Shown piece after piece: positions 45,481-55,232 of a stretch of DNA of 64,000 nt. The position numbers were made by a program, and so were the translations under genes. Source of the DNA: Eubacteriales bacterium (GTDB lineage Bacteria; Bacillota; Clostridia; Oscillospirales; CAG-272); the NCBI GenBank assembly GCA_045612105.1, contig JAZKYL010000113.1, positions 122,315 to 186,314 of the forward strand, in the 5' to 3' direction. Below the pieces are notes generated by a model. That model had not been told where the DNA came from. It ran no database searches and saw nothing but the letters and a program-made list of their open reading frames with translations. Position 1 is the stretch's first letter; each line of letters opens with the position of its first letter.

Positions 45481-48315
45481 TTACTTAACGAGAATTACAA
45501 CGGTTGCAATACCTTCCTTATAGACCTTACTGCCCTTGAAGAAAAGTCTTTCGTCGATGCGAAGATCACATCCGTCGGTATCAACGTCAAGATATATCTC
45601 CGCGTTCTCGGGGATCTTTGTGCAGATATCGACCACGGGAGCGTTGGAACTGATTATCCAACCCGACTTATAGCCTTCGGGAAGTCTCTCTTCCTCAATG
45701 GTAGCAAAGACCGTATTAGCAGGCTCCTTGGTGATCTTATAGGTCTTACCGTCGATAGTTACACCGCAGGTAGCGTCGCCGCGGAAGCCGATAAGCTTAC
45801 CTCTATTACTGAGGCGATACTGAAGCAGGTTCTTGCCCGTGTAGGTAATTTTATGTCCGTCGAGAGAGAACTCATCGAAATCAAGCTCCAGCGGAACCAT
45901 AAGCTCATAGGTCTTGAGGAATTCTGCGTCTGCTTCTTCGTTTCTTCTGAAGCTACCGTCGGGCCAAAGCTCTCTCATAGTCTTGTAATGGCGGCAGAGA
46001 GAGTAGGTGCCGTTGGGGAACTGAGTTGCGAAAAATTCGGTCTTACGGGAGATTGTTTCGGGGGTGTCGATGGCATCCTTGCCACCGTATGCGCCGAGAG
46101 CTTTGAGTACATCGAAGAGTGTGGAGGGAGCGTCGCCCGACTCGCCTGATTGGTCGTCACGGAGACGGCAACCGATATAAGTGGCTCTGCCAAGTCCGTA
46201 CTTGCGAGTAGCACCGATTACGAAATTGTTTGCGTTAGCTACCGCCTCGCCGCTGTTAAGAGTAACGTTATAAACTCTGTCGGGAAGCATATCGGTAGGT
46301 ATCTTCATCTTGGGAATGTCCGAAAGAATGCCGGTGAAATTGACCTCATGAGCCGCGCCGCCCTCAAAAACGGTCTGGGCGGATTTAAGACCAAAGAGAC
46401 GAAGCCATCTTGAGGGAATCTTGCCGTTTTCACCTGCAGATGGAGTTGCGTTCCATACAAGGTTACCGCCTCCGCGTACAAATTTCTCAAGAAGCTCGAT
46501 AAATTTCTCATTGTAGAAAGGCTCAAATCCCACAACGATAGTGGAATAGGTTCCGATGCCAAGCTTCAGCTTGCCTTTTTCAACTGTTCCAAGGTTTACG
46601 ATTCTGTCAGCAGGGCAATAGTTACAGTAGCAGTACTGAACCATCCAGCTTCCGAATCTTTCTTCGATCATAGTCAGATCCTTGGGGTAAACGTAAAGCA
46701 CGTCGATAGCTCTGGGGCGTCCGTAGGTCAATATAGACTCTCGTGTTCCTCTGCCGCCTCCCGAGAAAGAAAGGGAAACGTTATTAAATCTCTTTCTTGC
46801 CTCAGTTGGGAATCCCCAAGCACCCCAGGATGCTACTTCATTTCTGTTAAGAGTGCCGAGAGATGCTGACATAGCTCCGCCGTAGTAGTTACGGTCAAAC
46901 CATCCGCACTCACAGAAGTCGGTTCCGCCGTATGAAAAATAATCATTCCACTTAAAATAATCGTAGCATCCGGAGATAGCCTCACGAATAGTGCTGGAAT
47001 ATACGTAATCGGGTGAATAATCAAAGGTGCAGAAGCCTCTTCTCAGCGCATGATGGAATCTACCCTGACCGCGACCGGGTGCATAATGGTCACAGGTGGG
47101 GGACTCCTGCCAGGTTGCGTGACCGAGGCAGAGGGGATCCCATCCCTCGTGCTTTGCGTAGGTATCTCTGATATAATCTCTTGCCTCACAGCACATACCG
47201 ACTACCTGATCCTGGAGGGTCTCGAAATATACTCGACGCATACGGAAGGTACGGTAGAGGTCAGCCGCGCTGTTGCCTATGACGTGCTGAGTATGCGATC
47301 TTCCAAGATGCTCTCTGTCAGCAAGCATATCGTAGCCGAAATATATAAGAGCCTTATCAAAATCAGCAAAAAGGGGATCGACTGCTGCCAGCTTGCTCTG
47401 GAAATTTTCAGTCATATAGCGGGAGGGAATTTCATAAGGTCCAAAATGAGCAAATCCCCAGTCGAACTGAATGTGCATCTCGTCGGAGTAAAGCTCCATA
47501 AACTCAACGCCCTCGCGACGGTACATATCGATCACGTCGTGAACATACTCGGTCACTTCGGGGTGGAAGTAGTCCATCTCGGGAGTATCCATATAGAAAA
47601 TCGCGAAGATTCGGTTTCCGGGAAGGGAAGTTTTACCTTCTACTACCATATGCTTGTTTCCGAAATAGGTGCTGAGCTCGTAAGGCTCATTACTAATAGT
47701 ACAAGTATAGTCGCTCTCGGGAATTTCCAAGATCGACTCGGGCTTAATAACAAGATAAGCAGTTCCGTTGTCCTCCTCTGTGTATGTGAAGAGTCGCGCA
47801 TGGTTGAACTGAGGATATACGTGACCTTTGTTATTCGTCCAACGCTCTGAAAGAACACCGTTGAATTTGAAGCTGCCGTCAGCTTCTCTGATGCCCTCGG
47901 CAAAGAAGCGGTGCTGACCGCCAACACCCTTATCTTGCTTGAAGTTTCTTCCAAGATCAAGGGGGTTGGTAACACTTGCACCTATTCCAATGCCGTATTT
48001 TTCGGCATATTCCGAGACCTTCTTGGTACAATCGATAAACTCGGGATGAGTCAAATGAAGCTCACGTTCTCCACCGCCGAAGAAATGATCGTGGAAGAAT
48101 GTGATGATCTCTGACTTGCTTTTTTTGGCATTCTCGCAAACATCTTTCAAGGAAGAGCTTGCACCTGAGATCTGATTGTTTGCCATTTTAGGAGTGTACT
48201 GCTCCTCGGGCGCGTTGGCATACGCTCTTAATTGGTCGTCCTCGGTAAGAACGATGCCTTGACGGCGAACCATCGCGTGAAGTGGCGGATTTTTCTTAAG
48301 TTTTGGTGTAGACAT
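45481..48315 (-). CDS. 944-aa uncharacterised cytoplasmic protein, putative glycoside-hydrolase-like
   Basis: Long clean ORF with AGGAGG SD before the ATG at 48315; the track ORF is extended through the leader element. 'YSTIVVGFEPFYNEKFIELLEKFVRGGGNLVW' resembles the GH42-type GATase1-like middle domain. Family not recognised. Confidence 0.55.
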   Translation of the reverse strand: MSTPKLKKNPPLHAMVRRQGIVLTEDDQLRAYANAPEEQYTPKMANNQISGASSSLKDVCENAKKSKSEIITFFHDHFFGGGERELHLTHPEFIDCTKKVSEYAEKYGIGIGASVTNPLDLGRNFKQDKGVGGQHRFFAEGIREADGSFKFNGVLSERWTNNKGHVYPQFNHARLFTYTEEDNGTAYLVIKPESILEIPESDYTCTISNEPYELSTYFGNKHMVVEGKTSLPGNRIFAIFYMDTPEMDYFHPEVTEYVHDVIDMYRREGVEFMELYSDEMHIQFDWGFAHFGPYEIPSRYMTENFQSKLAAVDPLFADFDKALIYFGYDMLADREHLGRSHTQHVIGNSAADLYRTFRMRRVYFETLQDQVVGMCCEARDYIRDTYAKHEGWDPLCLGHATWQESPTCDHYAPGRGQGRFHHALRRGFCTFDYSPDYVYSSTIREAISGCYDYFKWNDYFSYGGTDFCECGWFDRNYYGGAMSASLGTLNRNEVASWGAWGFPTEARKRFNNVSLSFSGGGRGTRESILTYGRPRAIDVLYVYPKDLTMIEERFGSWMVQYCYCNYCPADRIVNLGTVEKGKLKLGIGTYSTIVVGFEPFYNEKFIELLEKFVRGGGNLVWNATPSAGENGKIPSRWLRLFGLKSAQTVFEGGAAHEVNFTGILSDIPKMKIPTDMLPDRVYNVTLNSGEAVANANNFVIGATRKYGLGRATYIGCRLRDDQSGESGDAPSTLFDVLKALGAYGGKDAIDTPETISRKTEFFATQFPNGTYSLCRHYKTMRELWPDGSFRRNEEADAEFLKTYELMVPLELDFDEFSLDGHKITYTGKNLLQYRLSNRGKLIGFRGDATCGVTIDGKTYKITKEPANTVFATIEEERLPEGYKSGWIISSNAPVVDICTKIPENAEIYLDVDTDGCDLRIDERLFFKGSKVYKEGIATVVILVK

Positions 48316-48418
48316 AATAGCCTCCTTTCTGCCGCCGTCGGCGGCAAAAAATAGTGGATGGATTTTGCTTTTCGGCAAGATCCACGCGTAAACCTGCTTT
48401 TTATGCAGGCCTCACGCT
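48316..48418 (-). promoter_or_regulatory. copy B (diverged) of the three-hairpin leader element
   Basis: H1: GCGUGAGG-CCUGC-auaaaaa-GCAGG-UUUACGC. H2: GGAUCUUGC-cgaaaa-GCAAAAUCC. H3: UGCCGCC-gac-GGCGGCA. AGGAGG and ATG follow. Confidence 0.6.
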
Positions 48419-48563
48419 GTCCTCCATTTTCAAGTATTTGGCGACGGGAATATAATTTGTCGCCTTAATCCGCTGGGGTCTTACCCCAAAATATTGACCT
48501 GCACTCTGACTTTTAGTTTTCATGAGCGTCGGCGCATGAGCTTTATTTGCTTATGCTGTGGCA

Positions 48564-48592
48564 ATTATATCACACAAAAAAAGATTTTGCAA
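48564..48592 (-). promoter_or_regulatory. sigma-A promoter (TTGCAA-17-TATAAT) giving a ~240-nt 5' UTR
   Basis: Read on the minus strand. Confidence 0.55.
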
Positions 48593-48669
48593 TACTTTTG
48601 ATGAATTTTTTTTGTATTTTTTTCACAGATTTAATTGTATCAGATCGCAATTAATTAACCAAATACAAC

Positions 48670-48720
48670 AAAAACGTCCTTAAAGCCGAATAATCACGGT
48701 ATTAAGGACATTTTTGTTTT
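48670..48720. terminator. bidirectional terminator
   Basis: GTCCTTAA-n18-TTAAGGAC flanked by A and T runs. Confidence 0.7.
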
Positions 48721-49281
48721 TTAAAGAAAGAGCTTTCTTATTTGTTTTCCAAGTAACGCATTTTCAAGCGTTATCGGCAAAAGGGAAAAATCTGCAACGA
48801 GAGAATGCGGCTTTTTAATAGGATCATCCTGCTTCATCGGCACAAAATAAACGTTTTTTCTCGTCAAAAGTCTGCCGAGGTTTCCGAGGTTTGCCGACAT
48901 AGCATCATTTGATGCAAGGGCAATTACCAGTGGGCGATCGCTTCGCAGATGTGCCTTTGCCGCCATACAAACGGGTGTATCTGTAATACCGTTTGCAAGC
49001 TTGGCGAGAGTGTTTCCTGTACAGGGAGCTATAACTAATGCATCAAGGGATATTTTAGGACCAAGCGGCTCTGCATCCTCTATAGTGTTGATTATTCTTT
49101 TGCCGCACAACTTTTCAATTTTTGCTATCCACTCCTCGCTTTTTCCGAAACGGGTGTCGGTATTATAAGCGTTGTAGCTCATTATTGGAATTATATCGTC
49201 ATATTTGCTTTTCAGTTCCGATAGCACCGCGAAAGACTCAGCAAAGGTGCAAAAGGAACCGCAAAATGCATAGCCTATCAT
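48721..49281 (-). CDS. dpaB: dipicolinate synthase subunit B
   Basis: MIGYAFCGSFCTF N-terminus (flavoprotein-like SpoVFB family); overlaps the dpaA stop. Confidence 0.85.
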   Translation of the reverse strand: MIGYAFCGSFCTFAESFAVLSELKSKYDDIIPIMSYNAYNTDTRFGKSEEWIAKIEKLCGKRIINTIEDAEPLGPKISLDALVIAPCTGNTLAKLANGITDTPVCMAAKAHLRSDRPLVIALASNDAMSANLGNLGRLLTRKNVYFVPMKQDDPIKKPHSLVADFSLLPITLENALLGKQIRKLFL

Positions 49282-50177
49282 ATTTTACTCCTTTCGAAAA
49301 GTATTTCGTAGATCGTTTCAAAAACGTATTTTCCGGCACTTATGGGCGAGTATTTTCCCGGCAATGACGGAGCAAATATCGTCTCCAGTCCCACGTCTCT
49401 TGCGGCAGTAAGATCAATTCCTCCCGGAGAGGATGCTATTTCAACGTAAAGCGGCTTATTTTTGACTTTTTTCAACACTTTTTCGGTAAATATCACATTT
49501 GGAACAGTGTTGAATATTACGTCGCAATTACTTGCCGCTTCGACAAGCTCGGTGCTATCCCCACCAAGACGTATTGCTTTAAATCCCATCAAGGACAGCT
49601 CGCAGAGAGTTTCGTCACGTCGAGCGCCTACCGTAACCTCAGCTCCAAGCTTGTCAAGCATATCTGCAAGCAGCGAGCCTATACGTCCGTAGCCTGTGAC
49701 CAGAGCCTTCATACCTTTCACTGTTATTTCTGTATGTTCCATAGCGATCATCAAAGCCCCCTCGGCAGATGGGAGCGCGTTCTTCCTCTGTAGGCTCTCG
49801 TTCTTATAATAATCGTAAGCTTCAACTCCCAAAGCTTCGCACTGTCTCAAGGTCTCGAGAGGTATCATTCCACCGAGAAGAAAAGACTTGCTTTTTGCAG
49901 TAAGTTTAACGATTTCCGAAAGCGTCACCTTTACGTTTTGCGCGGAAAGATGAATATTGTCTCTCGTTACGGGCAAGGGAAGTACAACAACGTCGCATCC
50001 CTCAATCGCCTTTTCTACGCTCATACAATTTTCAGAGCCGTGCATTGCACTTCTGTTGTCACCAAGCGCAAAGATTCGTACGTCAGCCCCAGCGTTTATT
50101 AATTCGTTGACTATAACCGCCTGACGTTTATCTCCGCCAAGGACGGCAAATTTAAAACCTTTAAAATTTATCTCCAT
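49278..50177 (-). CDS. dpaA: dipicolinate synthase subunit A
   Basis: FAVLGGDKRQ N-terminus and a GYGRIG NAD-binding motif. ATG at 50177 is preferred to the track start at 50234. Confidence 0.85.
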   Translation of the reverse strand: MEINFKGFKFAVLGGDKRQAVIVNELINAGADVRIFALGDNRSAMHGSENCMSVEKAIEGCDVVVLPLPVTRDNIHLSAQNVKVTLSEIVKLTAKSKSFLLGGMIPLETLRQCEALGVEAYDYYKNESLQRKNALPSAEGALMIAMEHTEITVKGMKALVTGYGRIGSLLADMLDKLGAEVTVGARRDETLCELSLMGFKAIRLGGDSTELVEAASNCDVIFNTVPNVIFTEKVLKKVKNKPLYVEIASSPGGIDLTAARDVGLETIFAPSLPGKYSPISAGKYVFETIYEILFERSKI

Positions 50178-50416
50178 AAATAATACCTCTTTCGGTACTG
50201 TTGATCGGTTTAGGTCGTAGAAACACGACCTCATTCCATTCTATGCAGTAATGCGAATAATAGTGATAACTGTCGAAAGGGGGAAAGTGAAGAAATAATT
50301 TGTTCAAAAAGCGTTTTATTAACAAAATATTCAAACAAAAAGACATTGAATATGTTATAATTTAATCTGTAGTGTTATCACTTATAATATTTAACAGTTT
50401 TTATACGGAGGTATTT

Positions 50417-51889
50417 ATGGCTGAACTTAAGATGCTTGCCATCGACCTTGGCGCTTCCAGCGGCAGAGGCATCGTAGGCGCTTTCGACGGCAACAAGCTC
50501 ACTCTTCGCGAAAATCACCGTTTTTCCAACGATCCCGTATTCGTAAACGGTAGATTCACCTGGGATATTCTCAGAATATTCTTTGAAATCAAGAACTCCA
50601 TCACCAAGACCGTTATCGACGGCGACAACGTTTCCTCTATGGGTATCGACACTTGGGGCGTTGACTACGCTTTCATCGATAAAAACGGCAGAATGATGGC
50701 TAACCCCACCCACTACCGTGATACAAGAACCGTAAATATCACCGATTACGTAAAGCAGTTCGTTTCTCCCGAGGAGATCTACAACGTTACGGGTATTCAG
50801 GCTATCGACTTCAACACTCTCAATCAGCTTGCCGCTGACCGCAGAGATGATCCCGAGATGCTTGCCCGCGCTGACAAGATGCTCTTTATCCCCGACCTGC
50901 TTAACTACTTCCTGACAGGTAAGATGGCAACAGAGTACACTATCGCGTCCACAGGTATGATCCTTGATGCGGCTAAGAGAGATTTTGCGTTTGATCTCAC
51001 CGACAAGCTCGGCATTAACAAGAATCTTTTCGCTCCTTTGGTTCAGCCCTGCAATAATCTTGGCGCGCTTCTTCCTCAGATTAATGAAGAGGTTGGTAAG
51101 AACAATATCAAGGTAGTTAACGTTGCTTCTCACGATACCGCAAGCGCAGTTATCGCGGTTCCCGCAAAGAACAACGATTTCATCTACATATCCAGCGGAA
51201 CATGGTCGCTGATGGGTGCTGAGCTTCTTCAGCCTCTCATCAACGCTGAAACAAGAGGTGCTAACTACACCAACGAGGGCGGTGCTATGGGTACTATACG
51301 CTTCCTCAAGAACATTATGGGTCTCTGGATCATTCAGGAGTCCAGAAGACAGTGGAGAAGAGAAGGTAACGAGTACTCCTTCGCGCAGATGGAGGCTTGG
51401 GCAAAGGAAGCAACTCCTTTTGCATCTCTCATCAATCCCGACCACGCTTCCTTTAATACCCCCGGCAATATGCCCGAGAAGATCAGAGAGTTCTGCCGCG
51501 AGACAGGCCAGCACGTTCCCGAGACCGTTGGCGAAGTCGTTCGTTGCATCTACGAGTCTCTCGCGCTGAAGTACAGATACACCGTTGAGACCATCGAGCG
51601 TCTTATGGGCAAAAACACCTCTATGATCAACGTCGTTGGCGGCGGTACCAAGGATAAGTTCCTCTCCCAGATGACCGCAGATGCTTGCGGAATCCCCGTT
51701 TGCGCAGGTCCCGAGGAGGCAACCGCTATCGGTAACCTTATGATGCAGGCGATCGCAGCAGGCGAGGTCAAGGATCTCAGCGAGGCAAGAGAAGTAGTTG
51801 CTAACTCCTTTGAGCTTAAGCACTACGAGCCCACTGCTGACAGAGCCGCTTGGGACGCAGCTTACGAAAAGTTCTGCAAGCTTCAGTAA
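50417..51889 (+). CDS. rhaB: rhamnulokinase (FGGY family)
   Basis: MLAIDLGASSGRGIVG…HRFSN N-terminal signature and C-terminal FGGY motifs (VVGGGTKDKFL). GGAGGT SD precedes the ATG at 50417. Confidence 0.8.
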   Translation: MAELKMLAIDLGASSGRGIVGAFDGNKLTLRENHRFSNDPVFVNGRFTWDILRIFFEIKNSITKTVIDGDNVSSMGIDTWGVDYAFIDKNGRMMANPTHYRDTRTVNITDYVKQFVSPEEIYNVTGIQAIDFNTLNQLAADRRDDPEMLARADKMLFIPDLLNYFLTGKMATEYTIASTGMILDAAKRDFAFDLTDKLGINKNLFAPLVQPCNNLGALLPQINEEVGKNNIKVVNVASHDTASAVIAVPAKNNDFIYISSGTWSLMGAELLQPLINAETRGANYTNEGGAMGTIRFLKNIMGLWIIQESRRQWRREGNEYSFAQMEAWAKEATPFASLINPDHASFNTPGNMPEKIREFCRETGQHVPETVGEVVRCIYESLALKYRYTVETIERLMGKNTSMINVVGGGTKDKFLSQMTADACGIPVCAGPEEATAIGNLMMQAIAAGEVKDLSEAREVVANSFELKHYEPTADRAAWDAAYEKFCKLQ

Positions 51890-51928
51890 TTAAACAATAA
51901 GATATAATCAATTTCGGAGGATTAAAAA

Positions 51929-53089
51929 ATGAAGGACGCACAGTTCGCCGAGCTCAGTGTTATCGGTATGAAGGGTTGCGAGGCTTTTGCCGAGCAGGTT
52001 GACAACTATCTTAAGGAATGGCGCAGACACACCAGCGAGGACACATATCTCGTTGAGGCGGTTTGCCCCAGATTCGGCACGGGTGAAGGTAAGGGTCTTA
52101 TCCATCATTCCATGAGAGGTCAGGACGTTTACATCATCTGCGACGTATTCAACTACGGAGTTACCTACCGTATGTACGGTCAGACCGTACCTATGAGCCC
52201 CGATGACCATTACGCTGATCTTAAGAGAATCATTGCGGCTATCGCGGGTAAGGCAAGAAGAATTACAGTAATTATGCCTATGCTTTACGAGGGTAGACAG
52301 CACAAGAAGTCTACAAGAGAGTCTCTTGACTGCGCAGTTATGCTCCAGGAGCTTGTTGCTATGGGTATTACCAACATCATTACCTTTGATGCTCACGACC
52401 CCAGAGTCTGCAACGCTATCCCGCTTCACGGATTTGACAATGTACGCCCCTCTTATCAGATGATAAAGGCACTTATCAAGGCGGTTCCCGATATCGTTAT
52501 CGATAAGGAAAACCTTATGATGATCTCCCCCGACGAGGGAGCTATGGGCAGATGTATGTACTACTCCTCGGTTCTCGGAATCGATATCGGTATGTTCTAT
52601 AAGCGCCGTAACTACTCGGTAATCATCAACGGAAAGAACCCCATCGAGGCTCACGAATATCTCGGTCAGGACCTTACCGACAAGGACGTTATCGTAGTTG
52701 ACGATATGATATCCTCGGGTGAGTCTATGCTTGACGTTTGCTCTCAGCTCAAGGAGAGAGGAGCAAAGAGAATATTCGCATTCTCTACCTTCGGTCTCTT
52801 TACCGACGGATTTGATAAGTTCGATAAGGCTTATGAGGACGGTATCATCTCCAAGGTATTTACCACCAACCTGGTTTACCGCCGCCCCGGTCTGCTTGAA
52901 AAGCCCTGGCACGTTGACGTTAATATGTGTAAGTACGTTTCTTACATCATTGACACTCTCAACCATGATGCCACCATCAGCGAGTTGCTTGACCCCGCTA
53001 AGAGAATCAACGCTATCGTTGCAAAGCACAAGTCAGAGATGGACGCTCACGGACAGATCAAGATATCCTTTGACGTTGAGGATAAGTAA
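51929..53089 (+). CDS. prs: ribose-phosphate pyrophosphokinase family protein (long form, 386 aa)
   Basis: PRPP-binding loop VIVVDDMISSGESM and the Prs N-terminal pattern. It is longer than canonical Prs. Confidence 0.7.
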   Translation: MKDAQFAELSVIGMKGCEAFAEQVDNYLKEWRRHTSEDTYLVEAVCPRFGTGEGKGLIHHSMRGQDVYIICDVFNYGVTYRMYGQTVPMSPDDHYADLKRIIAAIAGKARRITVIMPMLYEGRQHKKSTRESLDCAVMLQELVAMGITNIITFDAHDPRVCNAIPLHGFDNVRPSYQMIKALIKAVPDIVIDKENLMMISPDEGAMGRCMYYSSVLGIDIGMFYKRRNYSVIINGKNPIEAHEYLGQDLTDKDVIVVDDMISSGESMLDVCSQLKERGAKRIFAFSTFGLFTDGFDKFDKAYEDGIISKVFTTNLVYRRPGLLEKPWHVDVNMCKYVSYIIDTLNHDATISELLDPAKRINAIVAKHKSEMDAHGQIKISFDVEDK

Positions 53090-53102
53090 TATTGCGCATT
53101 TT

Positions 53103-53136
53103 AATATCCCGCGGAATTTTCTGCGGGATATTTTTA
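53103..53136 (+). terminator. intrinsic terminator
   Basis: AATATCCCGC-n10-GCGGGATATTTTT. Confidence 0.8.
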
Positions 53137-53224
53137 CATCTTTTTTCAAAACAGTGACCTTTGCCTCAAAAACGGTACTATATTGGTGAAAGGCCTTTAC
53201 AGCTATAAAGGGAGGTGAGTAAAA

Positions 53225-53785
53225 ATGGATGATAACAAAATAATCGAGCTATATTTTGCGCGAGACGAGAAAGCTATTTCCGAGACCAAAGCCAAATACG
53301 GCAAGTACTGCCTGAAGATTGCGTGTAACGTGCTTGGAAACCGAGAGGATGCCGAGGAATGTGAAAACGATACCTATCTCGGTGTTTGGAATGCTATTCC
53401 ACCAACAAGACCAAGCGTTTTTTCGGCATTTATCGGTAGAATAACCCGCAATATTTCCCTGAAAAAGCTACGCGCAAAAACCGCTGACAAGAGACGGTGT
53501 AGCGAAGCTATTATTTCACTTGACGAGCTTGGCGAGTGCATTCCAGACGGGCAAGGCTTTGCCGACAGTCTTGAAGAAAGCGAGCTTGCAGAGATCATCA
53601 ACTCATTTTTAGGCTCACTTAACGTGACCGAAAGAAGAGTTTTCGTTTGCAGATATTGGTACTGTGATTCTATTGCTGATATTTGCGAACAATTCGGCTT
53701 CGGTCAGAGTAAGGTCAAAATGATGCTTTTGAGAACAAGAGAAAGGCTTTTGACCTACTTGAAGGAAAGAGGTGTATTTATATGA
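53225..53785 (+). CDS. ECF-type sigma-70 family RNA polymerase sigma factor
   Basis: Region 2 (…DAEECENDTYLGVW…) and region 4 HTH (…SIADICEQFGFGQSKVKMMLLRTRERL). Confidence 0.85.
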   Translation: MDDNKIIELYFARDEKAISETKAKYGKYCLKIACNVLGNREDAEECENDTYLGVWNAIPPTRPSVFSAFIGRITRNISLKKLRAKTADKRRCSEAIISLDELGECIPDGQGFADSLEESELAEIINSFLGSLNVTERRVFVCRYWYCDSIADICEQFGFGQSKVKMMLLRTRERLLTYLKERGVFI

Positions 53786-55089
53786 AGGAAAAAGAGTTCT
53801 TGCAGGACTCCATAGGTCTTATTGACGAAAAGTTTATAAAAGAAGCAAAGGATGAGCCGAAAAGAAAAGGCTTGCCTTGGATAAAAATCGTAGCCATAGC
53901 CGCCTGCTTAGCCATTCTTGCGGCAATTCCCGTCGGATTTTTAGTCGCTAACCGCGACGAGGCTCCTACAGAGGGAACAGAGAACACCGGCGAGAGCGAG
54001 GAGAGTACGGCGATCAACACCGATGTGCCATTCGACGAGGACGGCAGAGAGATATGGGTCGACAACCGCAAATATAAGGACGGAGTTGACGTCGGCGGAG
54101 AAGAGCAGGCTTACGGTTGGAAATGGGAGTATCTTGATATATACGAAAAGTATTGGCTTATCGATGCTATCGGTGAGGATGAACAATATTACTATATGAG
54201 CACACAGATACCCGAAAATCTTTTGGGAGATTATCTTGGCGAGATGATCGCATACGGTTATGACGATTTCGGCGAGGGCGGAAGACATGAAATTAATTGT
54301 GTCGCTTATTCCATAAAGGGCGCGCCTGATAATGATGCCATAGCGGTCAAGCTTGACGGCACGGACAAATATATGACATATCGCCTCATTCGCAGAAATA
54401 ATTATGTCCACCCAGCGACTCTCGGAGAGCTTATTTCAATGAAGGAGCTCTGCGAAACGCTGACATTTGCAAGCTTTTATTACGACCATGATAATGACCC
54501 GTGGACTTCACCAATTAAATATGAATTAACGAAAGTACAAAACGATTATATATGGAATATACTTGCAGAAAAGTGTTGGAATGCCGAATCCCTCGATTAC
54601 GACAGCTTCTACGGTTCCTACGAAATAGGCTTTAACGTTACAAGCATACCTCTTGGTTTGCAGAGTAAATCCATAAGCATATATTCTGACGGAGTTATAA
54701 GAACCAATATTATGGAATACGGCGATTGCTTCTTTATAGGCAAGGGGGTAGCAGAGGAAATCATCGAATATGTGCTCACCGACCCCAAGGAAGCTCCCGA
54801 AAGCACAAATAAATGGGTTGCGGGTACAATCACCGAGATAGGAGAGGATTATTTCAAGATAAACGATGCTCCAATGATGGAAAACGAGGAAGACGGCATT
54901 GAATTTACTGTAAAAACTACCGATATCAAGATTCTTCGCTATTTCAAATCAGGGATTCTGAAGGTTGGAGACACTGCTATCGTCAGATACAACGGTAACA
55001 TCTACGCAGATGATCCAACGACGATCGATAGCGCGTACAGCATCGATGAATGTCATATTTACGGTGGAGATGCGTACATTCCCGAATAA
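53782..55089 (+). CDS. putative membrane-anchored anti-sigma factor with ~370-aa extracytoplasmic domain of unknown family
   Basis: ATGA overlap with the sigma gene. Short cytoplasmic N-terminus and a single TM (IVAIAACLAILAAIPVGFLV). The anti-sigma role is inferred from position and topology only. Confidence 0.55.
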   Translation: MKEKEFLQDSIGLIDEKFIKEAKDEPKRKGLPWIKIVAIAACLAILAAIPVGFLVANRDEAPTEGTENTGESEESTAINTDVPFDEDGREIWVDNRKYKDGVDVGGEEQAYGWKWEYLDIYEKYWLIDAIGEDEQYYYMSTQIPENLLGDYLGEMIAYGYDDFGEGGRHEINCVAYSIKGAPDNDAIAVKLDGTDKYMTYRLIRRNNYVHPATLGELISMKELCETLTFASFYYDHDNDPWTSPIKYELTKVQNDYIWNILAEKCWNAESLDYDSFYGSYEIGFNVTSIPLGLQSKSISIYSDGVIRTNIMEYGDCFFIGKGVAEEIIEYVLTDPKEAPESTNKWVAGTITEIGEDYFKINDAPMMENEEDGIEFTVKTTDIKILRYFKSGILKVGDTAIVRYNGNIYADDPTTIDSAYSIDECHIYGGDAYIPE

Positions 55090-55092
55090 AAT

Positions 55093-55125
55093 TAGCCTCC
55101 AAGCTTCGGTTTGGAGGCTTTTTCA
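55093..55125 (+). terminator. intrinsic terminator
   Basis: AGCCTCCAA-n8-TTGGAGGCTTTTT. Confidence 0.85.
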
Positions 55126-55232
55126 ATATTTTTTGCAATTTTCACACGGAGTTAATATATTTATGTTATTATATTATTTTGGTAAGGAATTTTTATCAAA
55201 TCAATATATAATGAAAGGACTTATTTGCACAA

